Of a stretch of 64,000 nt of DNA, positions 10,715-20,107 are shown one piece after another. The translations under genes were made by a program, and so were the position numbers. Under the pieces are notes generated by a model. That model was not told the DNA's origin. It did not search any database and saw only the letters and a list, made by a program, of their open reading frames with translations. The DNA lies in the NCBI GenBank assembly GCA_964588955.1, contig CAZPQJ010000004.1, positions 5,677-69,676 on the forward strand, given 5' to 3'. The DNA comes from an uncultured Gammaproteobacteria bacterium. Its GTDB lineage: Bacteria > Patescibacteriota > Patescibacteriia > UBA9934 > CAMTUG01. Within the stretch, counting starts at the first letter, position 1; each line of letters opens with the position of its first letter.

Positions 10715-11992
10715 TTATTTTCCAAGTTCTTCCGCAATCTCCAACAGGCGATTGTACTTACACAATCGCTCCGACCGCGACAAACTTCCGGTTTTGATAA
10801 ACTCGGCATTAAACGCCACGGCCAAGTCCGCGATGGTGGTATCTTCCGTTTCTCCGGAACGGTGCGAAACATTAATGGCGTATCCATGCTGCCGCGCCAA
10901 CAGAATCGCATCGATCGATTCGGAAAGGGTGCCAATCTGATTCACCTTGATGAGCACCGCGTTGGCAACATGTTTGTCGATCCCTTCTTGAATGCGTTCC
11001 ACGTTGGTCACAAACAAATCATCACCAACCAGCGTTGTTGTTTTGAGACGAGAAGTCAATTGCGCCCACCCCGCCCAATCGTCTTCCGCCAATCCATCTT
11101 CAATCATGACCAGTGGATACTTTTTGATCCAAGATTGATAGAGCGTAATCATCTGGGAAGATGTCAGCATTTTCTTATCTGTCGTCAGCGCGTAGATTTT
11201 TTTCTTGTCTTCGTAAAACTCGCTCGCCGCCGGATCAATACCAAGCTTCACGTCGCGACCGGCCACGTAGCCAGCGCGCCCAATCGCTTTTACGATCAAG
11301 GCGAAGGCTTCTTCGTTACGCTTCAAAGGAACCGCGTATCCGCCCTCATCTCCCACAAGCGTGGAGTACCCTTTGTCTTGCAACACCAATCGCAGAGCAT
11401 GAAACACTTCCGCCCCGCAACGCACGCGCTCGGAGAATTTCTTCTGCTGAGGAATGATCATGCATTCTTGCAAATCAATCACCCAACCAGCATGCAATCC
11501 ACCGTTTAAAATGTTCATCGTCGGGTGCGGCATGGTGTAACGCTCCCAAGATTTACCGGCCGACGTATCTACAAACGTCTCTCGTATATAGCGATACAAT
11601 GGCACGCGTCGCGCGACGGCACCGGCATGGGCGCAAGCGAGCGAAACTCCTAAAATAGCATTGGCCCCTAAGCGGGATTTGTTGGGTGTACCGTCCAGCA
11701 AACGCATGGCGTCGTCGATTCCACGTTGATCAAAAACCGATCGACCCCGCAGCAAGGTGGCAATAGGTCCGTTTACCTGCTTGACCGCTTTCAACACCCC
11801 TTTTCCGCCATAACGTTTTTTATCGCCATCGCGCAACTCCAACGCTTCATGCGATCCAGTCGAAGCACCAGAAGGAACACAGGCCGATCCAATCGTGCCA
11901 TCGTTCAGCATGACCGAAACTTTTAGCGTAGGATTTCCTCGGGAATCCAGGATCTCGTGGGCGTGAATCAAATCGATAGAATGTGATGCCAT
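10715..11992 (-). CDS. eno: enolase
   Basis: Start reassigned to MASHSIDLIHAHEILDSRGNPT (ATG at 11992); enolase signatures run throughout (SHRSGETED, IKxNQIGTLSE). Confidence 0.95.
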   Translation of the reverse strand: MASHSIDLIHAHEILDSRGNPTLKVSVMLNDGTIGSACVPSGASTGSHEALELRDGDKKRYGGKGVLKAVKQVNGPIATLLRGRSVFDQRGIDDAMRLLDGTPNKSRLGANAILGVSLACAHAGAVARRVPLYRYIRETFVDTSAGKSWERYTMPHPTMNILNGGLHAGWVIDLQECMIIPQQKKFSERVRCGAEVFHALRLVLQDKGYSTLVGDEGGYAVPLKRNEEAFALIVKAIGRAGYVAGRDVKLGIDPAASEFYEDKKKIYALTTDKKMLTSSQMITLYQSWIKKYPLVMIEDGLAEDDWAGWAQLTSRLKTTTLVGDDLFVTNVERIQEGIDKHVANAVLIKVNQIGTLSESIDAILLARQHGYAINVSHRSGETEDTTIADLAVAFNAEFIKTGSLSRSERLCKYNRLLEIAEELGK

Positions 11993-12276
11993 AGTGGGGA
12001 CATAATAACACAAATCGGGTCGGGATGGGATCCTATAAAGGACGGGGTCCAGCCGGTTTCTGCGTAATGATTTGGTGTCTGTGAAAAGGTCACTTTTTGA
12101 CTGTATATCAAAAATAGATCGGTTATAAATTCTTTTTAAATAGAACCGATATAAAATCTATATCTACTCGAAAAATGACCACTCGGTACACCATCTCTAC
12201 CGCATCGCCAGCTCACACGAGCCACAATGATACAAACCACCCCCACTCGTTAAAAAATCCGGACCGATCCAAATCG

Positions 12277-13401
12277 TTAGCGCTTCACCATAAGCGGTTC
12301 GATCCCGGGCATCTTGTCACCCGACAAAAATGCCAGCATCGCTCCCCCACCCGTTGATAGTAATGTAAACGCATCCGCCAGTTTCCATTTTTCCATAAGC
12401 GGCAACGTGTCTCCCCCTCCAACAATTGTTGTCGCGTGACTCTTGGCGATCGCTTGTGCTATGGCACGCGTAGCTTTGGTGAACGCCGCATGTTCGGTGC
12501 GTCCCAAAGGCCCATTCCAGACGATCGTTTTCGCGGAAGCGATCACGCGCACAAATTCCTTGGTCGTGGCTGGCCCCGCATCTTCAATCGCTGTTCCATT
12601 CAAACGAAAATCCATCGGCAATACCATCTTGTTTCCAAAACGCTTAAGCAGACGCTTGGCCGTTTTCATTTCTGTTTTTTCATATCGCGACGTACCCATG
12701 GAAACCCCCATCGCCGCTAAAAACGTATTGGCGAGCGCTCCGCCGACGCACACGTGATCGGCAGCTGGGCCCAGTCGTTCCACTAATCCAATCTTGGTTT
12801 CCATTTTCGCACCACCGAGCACTAACACATACGGTTTTTTTGGATGCCCCATCGCTTGGGAAAGCCCCTTCACTTCCTCGACCATCAACGGACCAGCAAA
12901 CGACGGCAAGAGTTTGGTGATCGCGGAAACAGATGCATGAGCGCGATGAGCGACAGCAAACGCGTCGTCCACATATAGATCACCAAGCTCAGCTAACGCT
13001 TTGGCAAATCCACGATCATTTTTTTCTTCACGCCGATCAAAACGGAGATTTTCTAGCAAGGCAACATCACCATTTTTCAACCCATCCACCAATCGCTTTG
13101 CCGAAGGACCTACAAGAGAACCATCGTAACGCACGGGTGTTTTTAACAATGCGCTCAAACGTTTGGCAACCGGACGCAAACAATTCGCTGTATCGCTTGC
13201 GCTTGTCGGTCGACCAAGATGCGACAGCACTACCACCCGCGCGCCCGCTTGCTGCAAGCGGCGAATCCCTTCGGCGGAACGGGCAATGCGCCCGCGCGGC
13301 CCATCAACCACGCGGTCATTTTTGATCTCCACGTTAGCATCAATACGCACCAAGACGCGCTTGCCCTTAACCGCGTTCAAGGGAATCATTCGTAATTTCA
13401 T
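12277..13401 (-). CDS. pgk: phosphoglycerate kinase
   Basis: 374 aa; RVDxNV N-terminal motif, GGGA glycine loops, PGK length. Confidence 0.95.
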   Translation of the reverse strand: MKLRMIPLNAVKGKRVLVRIDANVEIKNDRVVDGPRGRIARSAEGIRRLQQAGARVVVLSHLGRPTSASDTANCLRPVAKRLSALLKTPVRYDGSLVGPSAKRLVDGLKNGDVALLENLRFDRREEKNDRGFAKALAELGDLYVDDAFAVAHRAHASVSAITKLLPSFAGPLMVEEVKGLSQAMGHPKKPYVLVLGGAKMETKIGLVERLGPAADHVCVGGALANTFLAAMGVSMGTSRYEKTEMKTAKRLLKRFGNKMVLPMDFRLNGTAIEDAGPATTKEFVRVIASAKTIVWNGPLGRTEHAAFTKATRAIAQAIAKSHATTIVGGGDTLPLMEKWKLADAFTLLSTGGGAMLAFLSGDKMPGIEPLMVKR

Positions 13402-14405
13402 AGTTTGCCGACATGTTCAACCAATTCCATCAATCGCACCGAATATCCCCACTCGTTGTCATACCAAGCGAGAACTTTTACCAAATCCCCATCGACTACC
13501 CGAGTCATGGCCAAATCCACAATCGACGAACGGCTGTCGCCAACAAAATCTGTCGAGACCAGTGGTTCGTCGGTGACACCAAGGATCCCTTTCCATCGGG
13601 CGGATGCGGCTGCTTTCTTAAACACCGCGTTGACTTCTTCCACCGTCGTCTTTCGACCAAGCAAAAAAGTGAAATCCGAAAGCGACACATCGATCGACGG
13701 CACACGAATAGCAATTCCATCAAATTTACTTTTCATTTCCGGCACCGCTTCGCTCATCGCTTTGGCCGCTCCGGTCGAGGTCGGCACAATGTTGATCAGC
13801 GCGGCTCGCGCACGACGCAAATCTGGATGCAATTTCGGCGGTAAGCCATCGACAATATTCTGCTCCGCCGTCACCGAATGCACCGTCGTCATCATCGCTT
13901 TCTTAACCCCGAACACTTCCTGCATAATATCCGCCACCGGAGCAATCGAGTTGGTGGTACACGAAGCGTTGTTGACAATCACATCCTTCTTCCCCGCCTC
14001 TTTGTGATTGACCCCCATTAAATACGTTGGTACCCCTTTGGCCGGAGCGCTGATCACCACTTTCTTGGCCCCGGCCGTAAGGTGCGCTTTAGCGCTCTCC
14101 GCATCGGTAAAACGCCCGGTCGATTCAATCACCACGTCAATCTTCATCTGTTTCCAAGGCAGCTTGGTCGGATCCATTTCCGCCACCACCGGCAAACGCT
14201 TGCCATCAATCAACAACCCATTCTTGTCGCTAGAAATTTTGTGGTTCCATGTACGAAACACGGAATCATATTTCAACAAGTGCGCCAGTGTCGCCGGATC
14301 GGTCAAATCATTAACCGCCACAAACTCGATTCCTTTATGGTCCCAACCCGCTTTGAGTACCGTTCGACCAATGCGGCCGAATCCATTAATAGCAACGCGC
14401 AGCAT
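13398..14405 (-). CDS. gap: glyceraldehyde-3-phosphate dehydrogenase
   Basis: Start reassigned to MLRVAINGFGRIGR (ATG at 14405); active-site ASCTTN present; 4-nt overlap with the pgk start. Confidence 0.95.
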   Translation of the reverse strand: MLRVAINGFGRIGRTVLKAGWDHKGIEFVAVNDLTDPATLAHLLKYDSVFRTWNHKISSDKNGLLIDGKRLPVVAEMDPTKLPWKQMKIDVVIESTGRFTDAESAKAHLTAGAKKVVISAPAKGVPTYLMGVNHKEAGKKDVIVNNASCTTNSIAPVADIMQEVFGVKKAMMTTVHSVTAEQNIVDGLPPKLHPDLRRARAALINIVPTSTGAAKAMSEAVPEMKSKFDGIAIRVPSIDVSLSDFTFLLGRKTTVEEVNAVFKKAAASARWKGILGVTDEPLVSTDFVGDSRSSIVDLAMTRVVDGDLVKVLAWYDNEWGYSVRLMELVEHVGKL

Positions 14406-14721
14406 AGAAAGAAAAAATAATTGATAACCAAAGTATAGCACAAAAGGAAACGCCGACGACCCAAAGGCAATCGTCGACGTGGTAGAAGGTCCCTGATGGG
14501 AGTGTGCGGATGCGATGCAGTCCTCGCGTGTGCCTAAATGGCCAAAGGTCAACAATGCAAGGTGGACGAGCACCCTCACTCCACATCAGGGAAGATGAAG
14601 AGGGGAAGCGCCTGGGTCGCGGTCAGGATTGTGTACGGTACAGGTCGAACAGGACTCGTGGGAACAGGCATGATATCACTCCTCCAACCACGACCCAGGG
14701 GGCACCTTTACTATACACCTA

Positions 14722-14762
14722 TAGAAAACAAACAACACGCTCAGTCAAGAGACCAAGCGTGT
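14722..14762 (-). terminator. intrinsic terminator downstream of tsf
   Basis: 8-bp stem (aacacgct/agcgtgtt) followed on the minus strand by a U-rich tract. Confidence 0.5.
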
Positions 14763-14779
14763 TGCGTTGTGGATATTTT

Positions 14780-15376
14780 TTAGGCTCCCAAGTTCAGTCG
14801 GGAGAATCGGCGCACTTGGATGTTCTCTCCCAAGGTGGCGATCTTCTCTTTCACAAACTCTTCTACAGTTTTGTCTTCGTCTTTAATGAAGGCTTGCTCC
14901 AGCAAACAGACGTCGGCGAAAAACTTGTTGAGTTTACCGTCAACAATCTTATCCATAATCTCCGCGGCTTTGGTTTGTCCTTCCATTTCCGCGCGATACA
15001 TTTCTCGTTCCTTCTCTACCATCTCCATGGGCACCTGATCACGGCTCACGTAGAGCGGCGCGGAAGCGGCCACGTGCATTGCCAAGTCGTTACACAAGGC
15101 CACGAAGGCTTCGTTACGGGCCACGAAATCGGTTTCGCACAACACTTCTACCAACACACCCACTTTACCCGTGCCATGCACGTAAGCATGGACGCGACCT
15201 TCGTTGGTGGTGCGGTCGGCTTTCTTGCCAGCTTTGATGATTCCGTTTTTGCGCAATAATTCAGCGGCCTTTTCCAAATCACCACCCGCCTCGACCAACG
15301 CCTTTTTGGCGTCCATCATCCCGGCTCCAGTCATCTCCCGCAACTCTCCCACGGCAGCGGCGGTAATCTCTCCCAT
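14780..15376 (-). CDS. tsf: translation elongation factor Ts (short form)
   Basis: Start at [27 protein letters not shown] (ATG at 15376), the UBA-like N-terminus of EF-Ts; about 198 aa. Confidence 0.9.
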   Translation of the reverse strand: MGEITAAAVGELREMTGAGMMDAKKALVEAGGDLEKAAELLRKNGIIKAGKKADRTTNEGRVHAYVHGTGKVGVLVEVLCETDFVARNEAFVALCNDLAMHVAASAPLYVSRDQVPMEMVEKEREMYRAEMEGQTKAAEIMDKIVDGKLNKFFADVCLLEQAFIKDEDKTVEEFVKEKIATLGENIQVRRFSRLNLGA

Positions 15377-15423
15377 AGAAAAAACAATTAGCGTTTTATG
15401 TTCACTCCTCACTCCGTATCCGG

Positions 15424-16263
15424 TTATCCGGCCACTTTCTCTTTGGACTTTTCTCCGGCCACTTCTTCAGAAATTTTTTCGTCTAAATCAGCAACGGCGG
15501 CCACCGCTTCGGCTTTCACCTTGGCTTCCTCTTCATCTTTTTCTTTGGTGGCTTTGGCGAGCGCCGCGGCTTGCACCGCGTTGGCTTTGCCTTCTTTGAT
15601 TGCTTCCGTTAAGGCGCGGGTAATGAGCTCAATCGATTTGACCCCGTCGTCGTTGCCTGGAATCGGGAAATCCACTTCGGTTGGGTTGACGTTGGTGTCG
15701 ACGATGGCGATCACCTTGGCTCCTTTTTGTTTAGCTTCGGCAAGCGCGGTTTTCTCGGCTTTGATGTCCACAATGAACACCGCTTCTGGCGCCGAGAGCA
15801 TCGACTGAATACCGCCCACTTTGCGATCCATGTCTTCAATGTCGCGGGAGAACCACAACTGTTCTTTCTTGGTGTACTTCTTCAACTCTCCCTTGGCCGA
15901 CTTGTCTTTCAAGTCCAGGAACTTTTTGATCAAACGTTTAATCTCGCCGAAGTTCGTAAGAGTGCCACCGAGCCAGCGGTTGGTGACGTTCGGCATTCCT
16001 ACTTCTTCCGCGTACTTAGCAATAATGCCACGGGCCTGCGGCTTGGTACCAACGTACAAAACCATTCCCCCGTGCGCGGCGACGCTCGAAGCAAATTCTA
16101 ACGCTCGGGCGAGTGCCGTACGGGTCTCGTCGAGGTTGGTGATATGCACGCCGGAACGGGTGCCAAAAATAAACGGCTGCATCTTGGGATGCCAGCGACT
16201 GGAACGGTGACCGAAATGGACTCCGGCTTGGAGCATTTCGTCGAGGGATGGGACGTTAGCCAT
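15424..16263 (-). CDS. rpsB: 30S ribosomal protein S2 with Lys/Glu/Ala-rich C-terminal extension
   Basis: 279 aa; [15 protein letters not shown]2 signature; about 60-aa charged low-complexity tail. Confidence 0.95.
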   Translation of the reverse strand: MANVPSLDEMLQAGVHFGHRSSRWHPKMQPFIFGTRSGVHITNLDETRTALARALEFASSVAAHGGMVLYVGTKPQARGIIAKYAEEVGMPNVTNRWLGGTLTNFGEIKRLIKKFLDLKDKSAKGELKKYTKKEQLWFSRDIEDMDRKVGGIQSMLSAPEAVFIVDIKAEKTALAEAKQKGAKVIAIVDTNVNPTEVDFPIPGNDDGVKSIELITRALTEAIKEGKANAVQAAALAKATKEKDEEEAKVKAEAVAAVADLDEKISEEVAGEKSKEKVAG

Positions 16264-16415
16264 ACTATTTTCCTTTTAGACGTCGACGGGCAGTGGCAGG
16301 GCCTCCTTGGCTAAAGCGTTGGAGGCAGGATCTGCCAGAGTTTTGACCCCGTCTGTGTGTTTGATTTATGGCGGAAGTGTAATGAATATAAGCGAAATGG
16401 TCAAGTAAGAAACCT

Positions 16416-16434
16416 AAGATTAGCTTCTAATCTT
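16416..16434 (+). promoter_or_regulatory. perfect 8-3-8 palindrome (AAGATTAG-CTT-CTAATCTT) abutting a -35 box; candidate operator
   Basis: Seen directly; its 3' end overlaps TTGACT at 16433-16438. Confidence 0.4.
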
Positions 16435-16460
16435 GACTTTTCTTGTTTTTCTTGTACAAT
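16433..16460 (+). promoter_or_regulatory. sigma70-like promoter (TTGACT-16 nt-TACAAT) for the downstream GC-rich ORF
   Basis: Near-consensus hexamers with 16-nt spacer, about 45 nt upstream of the ATG at 16507. Confidence 0.5.
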
Positions 16461-16506
16461 CGCGGCGGCCAATCCCGGTCTCCTCGAGCACAGAGAGGCT
16501 CCGCAG

Positions 16507-16860
16507 ATGGATTCTGATACTTCCCCCACCATCGTTCCGACCCCCACTCACACTCCTCGACGTTCCCGACCTGACCCTGTCATGAGCCTGCTCATGCGCA
16601 GTGGAATGTCGGAACACTACAGTCGAGCCATCGACACCCGAGCCGAGGTGTCCGCCGAGAGTATCTATGAGATCATCGTCGCCCTCAACGTGCAAGGTGA
16701 AGAGGTTGCTGACGGTCTCATTCACGACCTCATCCGAGTCGTCACACGGCGGCATCGCGGAACCTGGTCGCCTGCCCAGCTGATCGCCCTCCACACCATC
16801 GCCGACTCTCGCCCGAACTCGGCCACCTGGAAGAGACACCTTCCCCCGTGTGCGGCCTGA
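16507..16860 (+). CDS. hypothetical protein (GC-rich orphan, about 117 aa)
   Basis: ATG preceded by AGAGAGG about 10 nt upstream; promoter upstream and strong hairpin downstream. The ORF track extends the frame to 16357, but that part lies upstream of the promoter. Confidence 0.45.
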   Translation: MDSDTSPTIVPTPTHTPRRSRPDPVMSLLMRSGMSEHYSRAIDTRAEVSAESIYEIIVALNVQGEEVADGLIHDLIRVVTRRHRGTWSPAQLIALHTIADSRPNSATWKRHLPPCAA

Positions 16861-16874
16861 GACCTTCTTCCCCA

Positions 16875-16902
16875 CGGACCGAAGCCCGCGCGCTTCGGTC
16901 CG
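16875..16902. terminator. bidirectional hairpin between the orphan ORF (+) and queA (-)
   Basis: 10-bp GC-rich stem (cggaccgaag / cttcggtccg) with 8-nt loop, then a T-rich stretch on the plus strand. Confidence 0.5.
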
Positions 16903-16910
16903 TCTCCTAT

Positions 16911-17993
16911 TTAAAACAAAAACATCGCATCACCGAAAGAATAAAAGCGATAGTCATTTTTCTTGGCCTCTTCGTAGGCCTGCAACACAAACTCGCGGCC
17001 AGCAAACGCACTCACAAGCGCGAGCAAGGTCGATTTCGGTAAATGAAAATTGGTAATCATTGCGTCGACAATCTTAAAGGCGTATCCGGGCGTGATAAAT
17101 ATATTGACGTCACCAGTATAGGGAGAAAGAAGGGAGGTGGCAGAAAGATGGAGATCGGCAACAGCTTCAAGGGTACGAACCGTGGTGGTGCCGACCGCAA
17201 TAACTCGACGACCTTCGGACTTAGCGAGATTGATTCGTTCCGCTGTTGCTTCATCGACACGCACAAACTCGGCATGCATCATATGTTCTTCCAGCGTGGC
17301 AGATTTGACTGGCAAAAATGTTCCGAGTCCGACGTGCAAAGTCACGAACTCAATCTGTACCCCTTTGGCTTTGATCTTCTCAAGCAACGCCTCGGTGAAA
17401 TGCAGTCCTGCCGTTGGCGCGGCCACCGCTCCCGTTTCTTTGGCGTAAACGGTTTGATAATTCTGGGTTGTCGCTTCAGACTTCTCCACGTACGGAGGAA
17501 TCGGCACCTCGCCGTGGGCTTCACAAAAAGCCAGCACCGCGTCGGTCGATACACCGAAGTCGACGAGCACAGTGCCGTCTTCATGTTTTTCCTTGACCGT
17601 CGCGTGCATGCACAATGCGTGCATTGTGCCCACATCAATAACCGATCCGACCGATACCTTTTTCCCTGGTCGCATCAACACCTCCCAAAGCCCGTCCCGC
17701 TCCCGCAGGAGGAAGATCTCTACTTTTCCCTCTTCTCCATCATTTTCTCTTTCTCCCATTTTCTCCTTCTTTATCCTCCCCAATAACCTTGCCTTAAAAA
17801 CTTTGGTGTTATTAAATACAAGTACGTCCCCCGGCCGCAAATAATCGACCAGATCAAAAAACTTCTTGTGCTCGATCGACGCGTGCGAACGATCAAGAAC
17901 CATCAGTTTGGAATGATCACGTGGTTCCATCGGCGCCTGAGCAATATACTCCTGTGGAAGTTCGTAATCGAATAAGGCAATAGGCGTAGACAT
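16911..17993 (-). CDS. queA: S-adenosylmethionine:tRNA ribosyltransferase-isomerase
   Basis: 360 aa; N-terminal LFDYELPxELIAQ-type motif and QueA-wide similarity; contains a short acidic insertion. Confidence 0.9.
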   Translation of the reverse strand: MSTPIALFDYELPQEYIAQAPMEPRDHSKLMVLDRSHASIEHKKFFDLVDYLRPGDVLVFNNTKVFKARLLGRIKKEKMGERENDGEEGKVEIFLLRERDGLWEVLMRPGKKVSVGSVIDVGTMHALCMHATVKEKHEDGTVLVDFGVSTDAVLAFCEAHGEVPIPPYVEKSEATTQNYQTVYAKETGAVAAPTAGLHFTEALLEKIKAKGVQIEFVTLHVGLGTFLPVKSATLEEHMMHAEFVRVDEATAERINLAKSEGRRVIAVGTTTVRTLEAVADLHLSATSLLSPYTGDVNIFITPGYAFKIVDAMITNFHLPKSTLLALVSAFAGREFVLQAYEEAKKNDYRFYSFGDAMFLF

Positions 17994-18053
17994 AGCTCGA
18001 AATCATCCTAAGCGAGGAAAGCGGATGCGTCCAGTTCACATCCACACAGAGGC

Positions 18054-18082
18054 TTGACAAGGAAGTTAAAAAGGGCTAGGGT
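18054..18082 (+). promoter_or_regulatory. candidate promoter TTGACA-17 nt-TAGGGT
   Basis: Consensus -35 hexamer; the -10 keeps the invariant T-A...T positions; it lies in a 520-bp gene-free stretch. Confidence 0.35.
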
Positions 18083-18089
18083 TCTCGGT

Positions 18090-18480
18090 CGCGACCTTTC
18101 ACCCCTGACGCATCTCTGCGGAGATGCCTCGCGGGTGGGAGGCCTAAAACAAACCTGGGCAACACCACGGGTGGCACGTCCACCGTTTGCGGCATGCCGC
18201 CGAGCCAATCCATTCCCAAGTACACGGGATGTTGAGAAGCTCGGGTGCGAAGCGCACAGGCAGCCGCAAAGGGATAAGGACAGGAACTTCCTGCCCTTCG
18301 GACAAACCATCTGTACGGCGTTGCCGAGGCAGATTTCAGGCACGGTGCTACACGGCTAGCTGGCCAATTCTCCAGCGGCCCCCTTCGCTAGCGCGGAGCA
18401 CCATGAAGTCTTGACGACCACCCACCTTCTCCTTCAAGGACCCAAGCGCACGCGCTGGGTCCTTGATCATTTTTGCCCCT
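18090..18480 (+). ncRNA. candidate structured non-coding RNA (about 390 nt, GC-rich, unknown family)
   Basis: A 520-bp ORF-poor interval between queA and rpmE is bounded by the promoter above and an intrinsic terminator at 18437-18480. It is packed with GC-rich hairpins (GCATCTC/GAGATGC, GTGCG-aag-CGCAC, GCGGCATGCCGC and others). Track ORFs here are Arg-rich and look spurious. Confidence 0.3.
18437..18480 (+). terminator. intrinsic terminator (10-bp stem caaggaccca / tgggtccttg, then T-run)
   Basis: Perfect 10-bp stem with 11-nt loop followed by atcatttttg, about 35 nt before the rpmE start. Confidence 0.5.
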
Positions 18481-18514
18481 TATGATACCCTGACGCTCGC
18501 TAGTAAATTATCTT

Positions 18515-18838
18515 ATGAAGGCTTCCATCCACCCAGAATATTTCGAAAACGCCACGATTACCTGCGCCTGTGGCGCGGCCTATAAAACCGGATCGACCAA
18601 ACAGGCGATTTCGGTGGAGTTGTGCGCTTCCTGCCACCCGTTCTACACCGGCACTCAAACCATTATTGACACCGCCCGCCGCGTGGAGAAATTCCAAGAG
18701 CGTGCCACCAAAAAGGCCGCCGTGGTGGTTGGTCAAACCGCTAAAAAAGCCGCTCGCGCCGAAAAGCGCAAAGCCGCCGGACCAAAAGTGGAAGTCGAAG
18801 AATCCAAGTCCGTGCGCGTTTCCAAAAAGAAACAATAG
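18515..18838 (+). CDS. rpmE: 50S ribosomal protein L31 with Lys/Ala-rich C-terminal extension
   Basis: MKASIHPEY ... CxC ... CASCHPFYTG is the L31 zinc-ribbon signature; about 40-aa basic tail. Confidence 0.9.
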   Translation: MKASIHPEYFENATITCACGAAYKTGSTKQAISVELCASCHPFYTGTQTIIDTARRVEKFQERATKKAAVVVGQTAKKAARAEKRKAAGPKVEVEESKSVRVSKKKQ

Positions 18839-18916
18839 CCCCGCGAGAAAAGAACGCACGGGATTTCCCGGCGTTCTTTTCGTTTACCTGAAGTGTGATA
18901 CGATAACACGAGCCTT

Positions 18917-19969
18917 ATGGATCTCCTGAATGAACTAAAAACGAAACAACAGGCACTCACCGAACTCGAACAAAAAATGGGCGATCCGGCTGTTTTAAGC
19001 GATCCAAAAAAATTGAAAGCCGTGGGCCAAGAATACGCCGAGGTGAAAGAGATTGTCCGAGTCGGTTTGGCTTATCAAAAAACGTCTCAAGAGCTGGTAG
19101 CCGCGCGCGAGATGCTGAAAGATCCAGAAATGAAGGCGATGGCCGAAGCGGAGATTGCCGAACTGGAACCAACGTTGCCTGGGTTGGAAGAAGCGTTCAT
19201 TGTTGCCTTAATTCCTCCGGATCCGCTAGACAAGAAAGACACGATCATGGAAATCCGCGCCGGCACCGGTGGCGACGAAGCGGCTTTGTTTGCTTCAGAG
19301 TTATTTCGCGCCTACAGTCGCTACGCAGAACACCAAGGCTGGAAGGTGGAAGTCCTTTCCGAACATCAAAATGATTTGGGAGGATTCAAAGAAATTGAAT
19401 TTGTGGTGCGCGGTGGCTATGCCTACAGTCATTTAAAATTTGAAGCCGGAGTGCATCGCGTGCAGCGTGTGCCGGAAACGGAAAAAGCCGGACGCGTTCA
19501 CACTTCCACCGTTACCGTGGCTGTGCTCCCAGAGTTAGACGATGAAGATTTTTCCATCGACATGAAGGACGTCAAAATCGAAGCCACCACCAGTTCTGGC
19601 GCCGGCGGACAGTCCGTCAACACCACCTACTCGGCCATTCGCATGGTGCACTTGCCTACTGGCATTGTGGTGCAATGCCAAGATGAACGTTCGCAAAAGC
19701 AGAACAAGGAAAAAGCCATCACCGTGCTGCGCGCCCGCGTGTGGGAATATGAACGCGAGAAAGCGGCCAAAGAACGCGCCGACGAACGCCGCGGACAAAT
19801 CGGCAACGGTGAACGTTCGGAAAAGATCCGCACCTACAACTTCCCTCAAGACCGCTTAACTGACCACCGCATCAACCAAAACTACTCGGGTCTAGCCGGC
19901 ATCATGGAAGGTAATCTCGATGACATCATCGCCGACTTAAAAAAAGCGGAACGCGAAGCCGCGGCATAA
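18917..19969 (+). CDS. prfA: peptide chain release factor 1
   Basis: 350 aa; GGQ motif (SGAGGQSVNTT) with RF1-type surrounding sequence. Confidence 0.9.
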   Translation: MDLLNELKTKQQALTELEQKMGDPAVLSDPKKLKAVGQEYAEVKEIVRVGLAYQKTSQELVAAREMLKDPEMKAMAEAEIAELEPTLPGLEEAFIVALIPPDPLDKKDTIMEIRAGTGGDEAALFASELFRAYSRYAEHQGWKVEVLSEHQNDLGGFKEIEFVVRGGYAYSHLKFEAGVHRVQRVPETEKAGRVHTSTVTVAVLPELDDEDFSIDMKDVKIEATTSSGAGGQSVNTTYSAIRMVHLPTGIVVQCQDERSQKQNKEKAITVLRARVWEYEREKAAKERADERRGQIGNGERSEKIRTYNFPQDRLTDHRINQNYSGLAGIMEGNLDDIIADLKKAEREAAA

Positions 19970-20107
19970 TCCTATAAGGATTTGCAGAAAAACGGATGGA
20001 TTTTCGTTAAACGGGCTGTCGATCCACAGGAGACGTAGATACCGCTACGTCGAGTGTGGTCGACGGGGGCCCGTGAAACGAAAAGACGCCGTTTTACAAA
20101 AATCCCT

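Noticed and set aside
10463-11509. 348-aa plus-strand ORF
   Set aside because: It lies entirely antisense to enolase and is Arg/His-rich; a shadow ORF.
14440-14700. SRP (4.5S) RNA in the gap-tsf spacer
   Set aside because: Only a loose match to the domain IV string (CAGGUCGAACAGGAC vs CAGGUCCGGAAGGAAGCAGC); the GGAA tetraloop and symmetric loop are not reproduced.
18040-18480. RNase P RNA or tmRNA assignment for the GC-rich queA-rpmE spacer
   Set aside because: Some local resemblance to RNase P P10-P12 and J18/2-like strings (GGGUGCGAAGCGCAC; GACCGAGAACCCUAGCC). However, no strand offers the CR-I / CR-V pair needed to form P4. The resembling segments rely on self-complementary GCUAGC and GUGCG/CGCAC palindromes that read alike on both strands. 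No GGTTCGA T-loop or CCA end exists, which excludes tmRNA. It is kept only as an unclassified ncRNA candidate.
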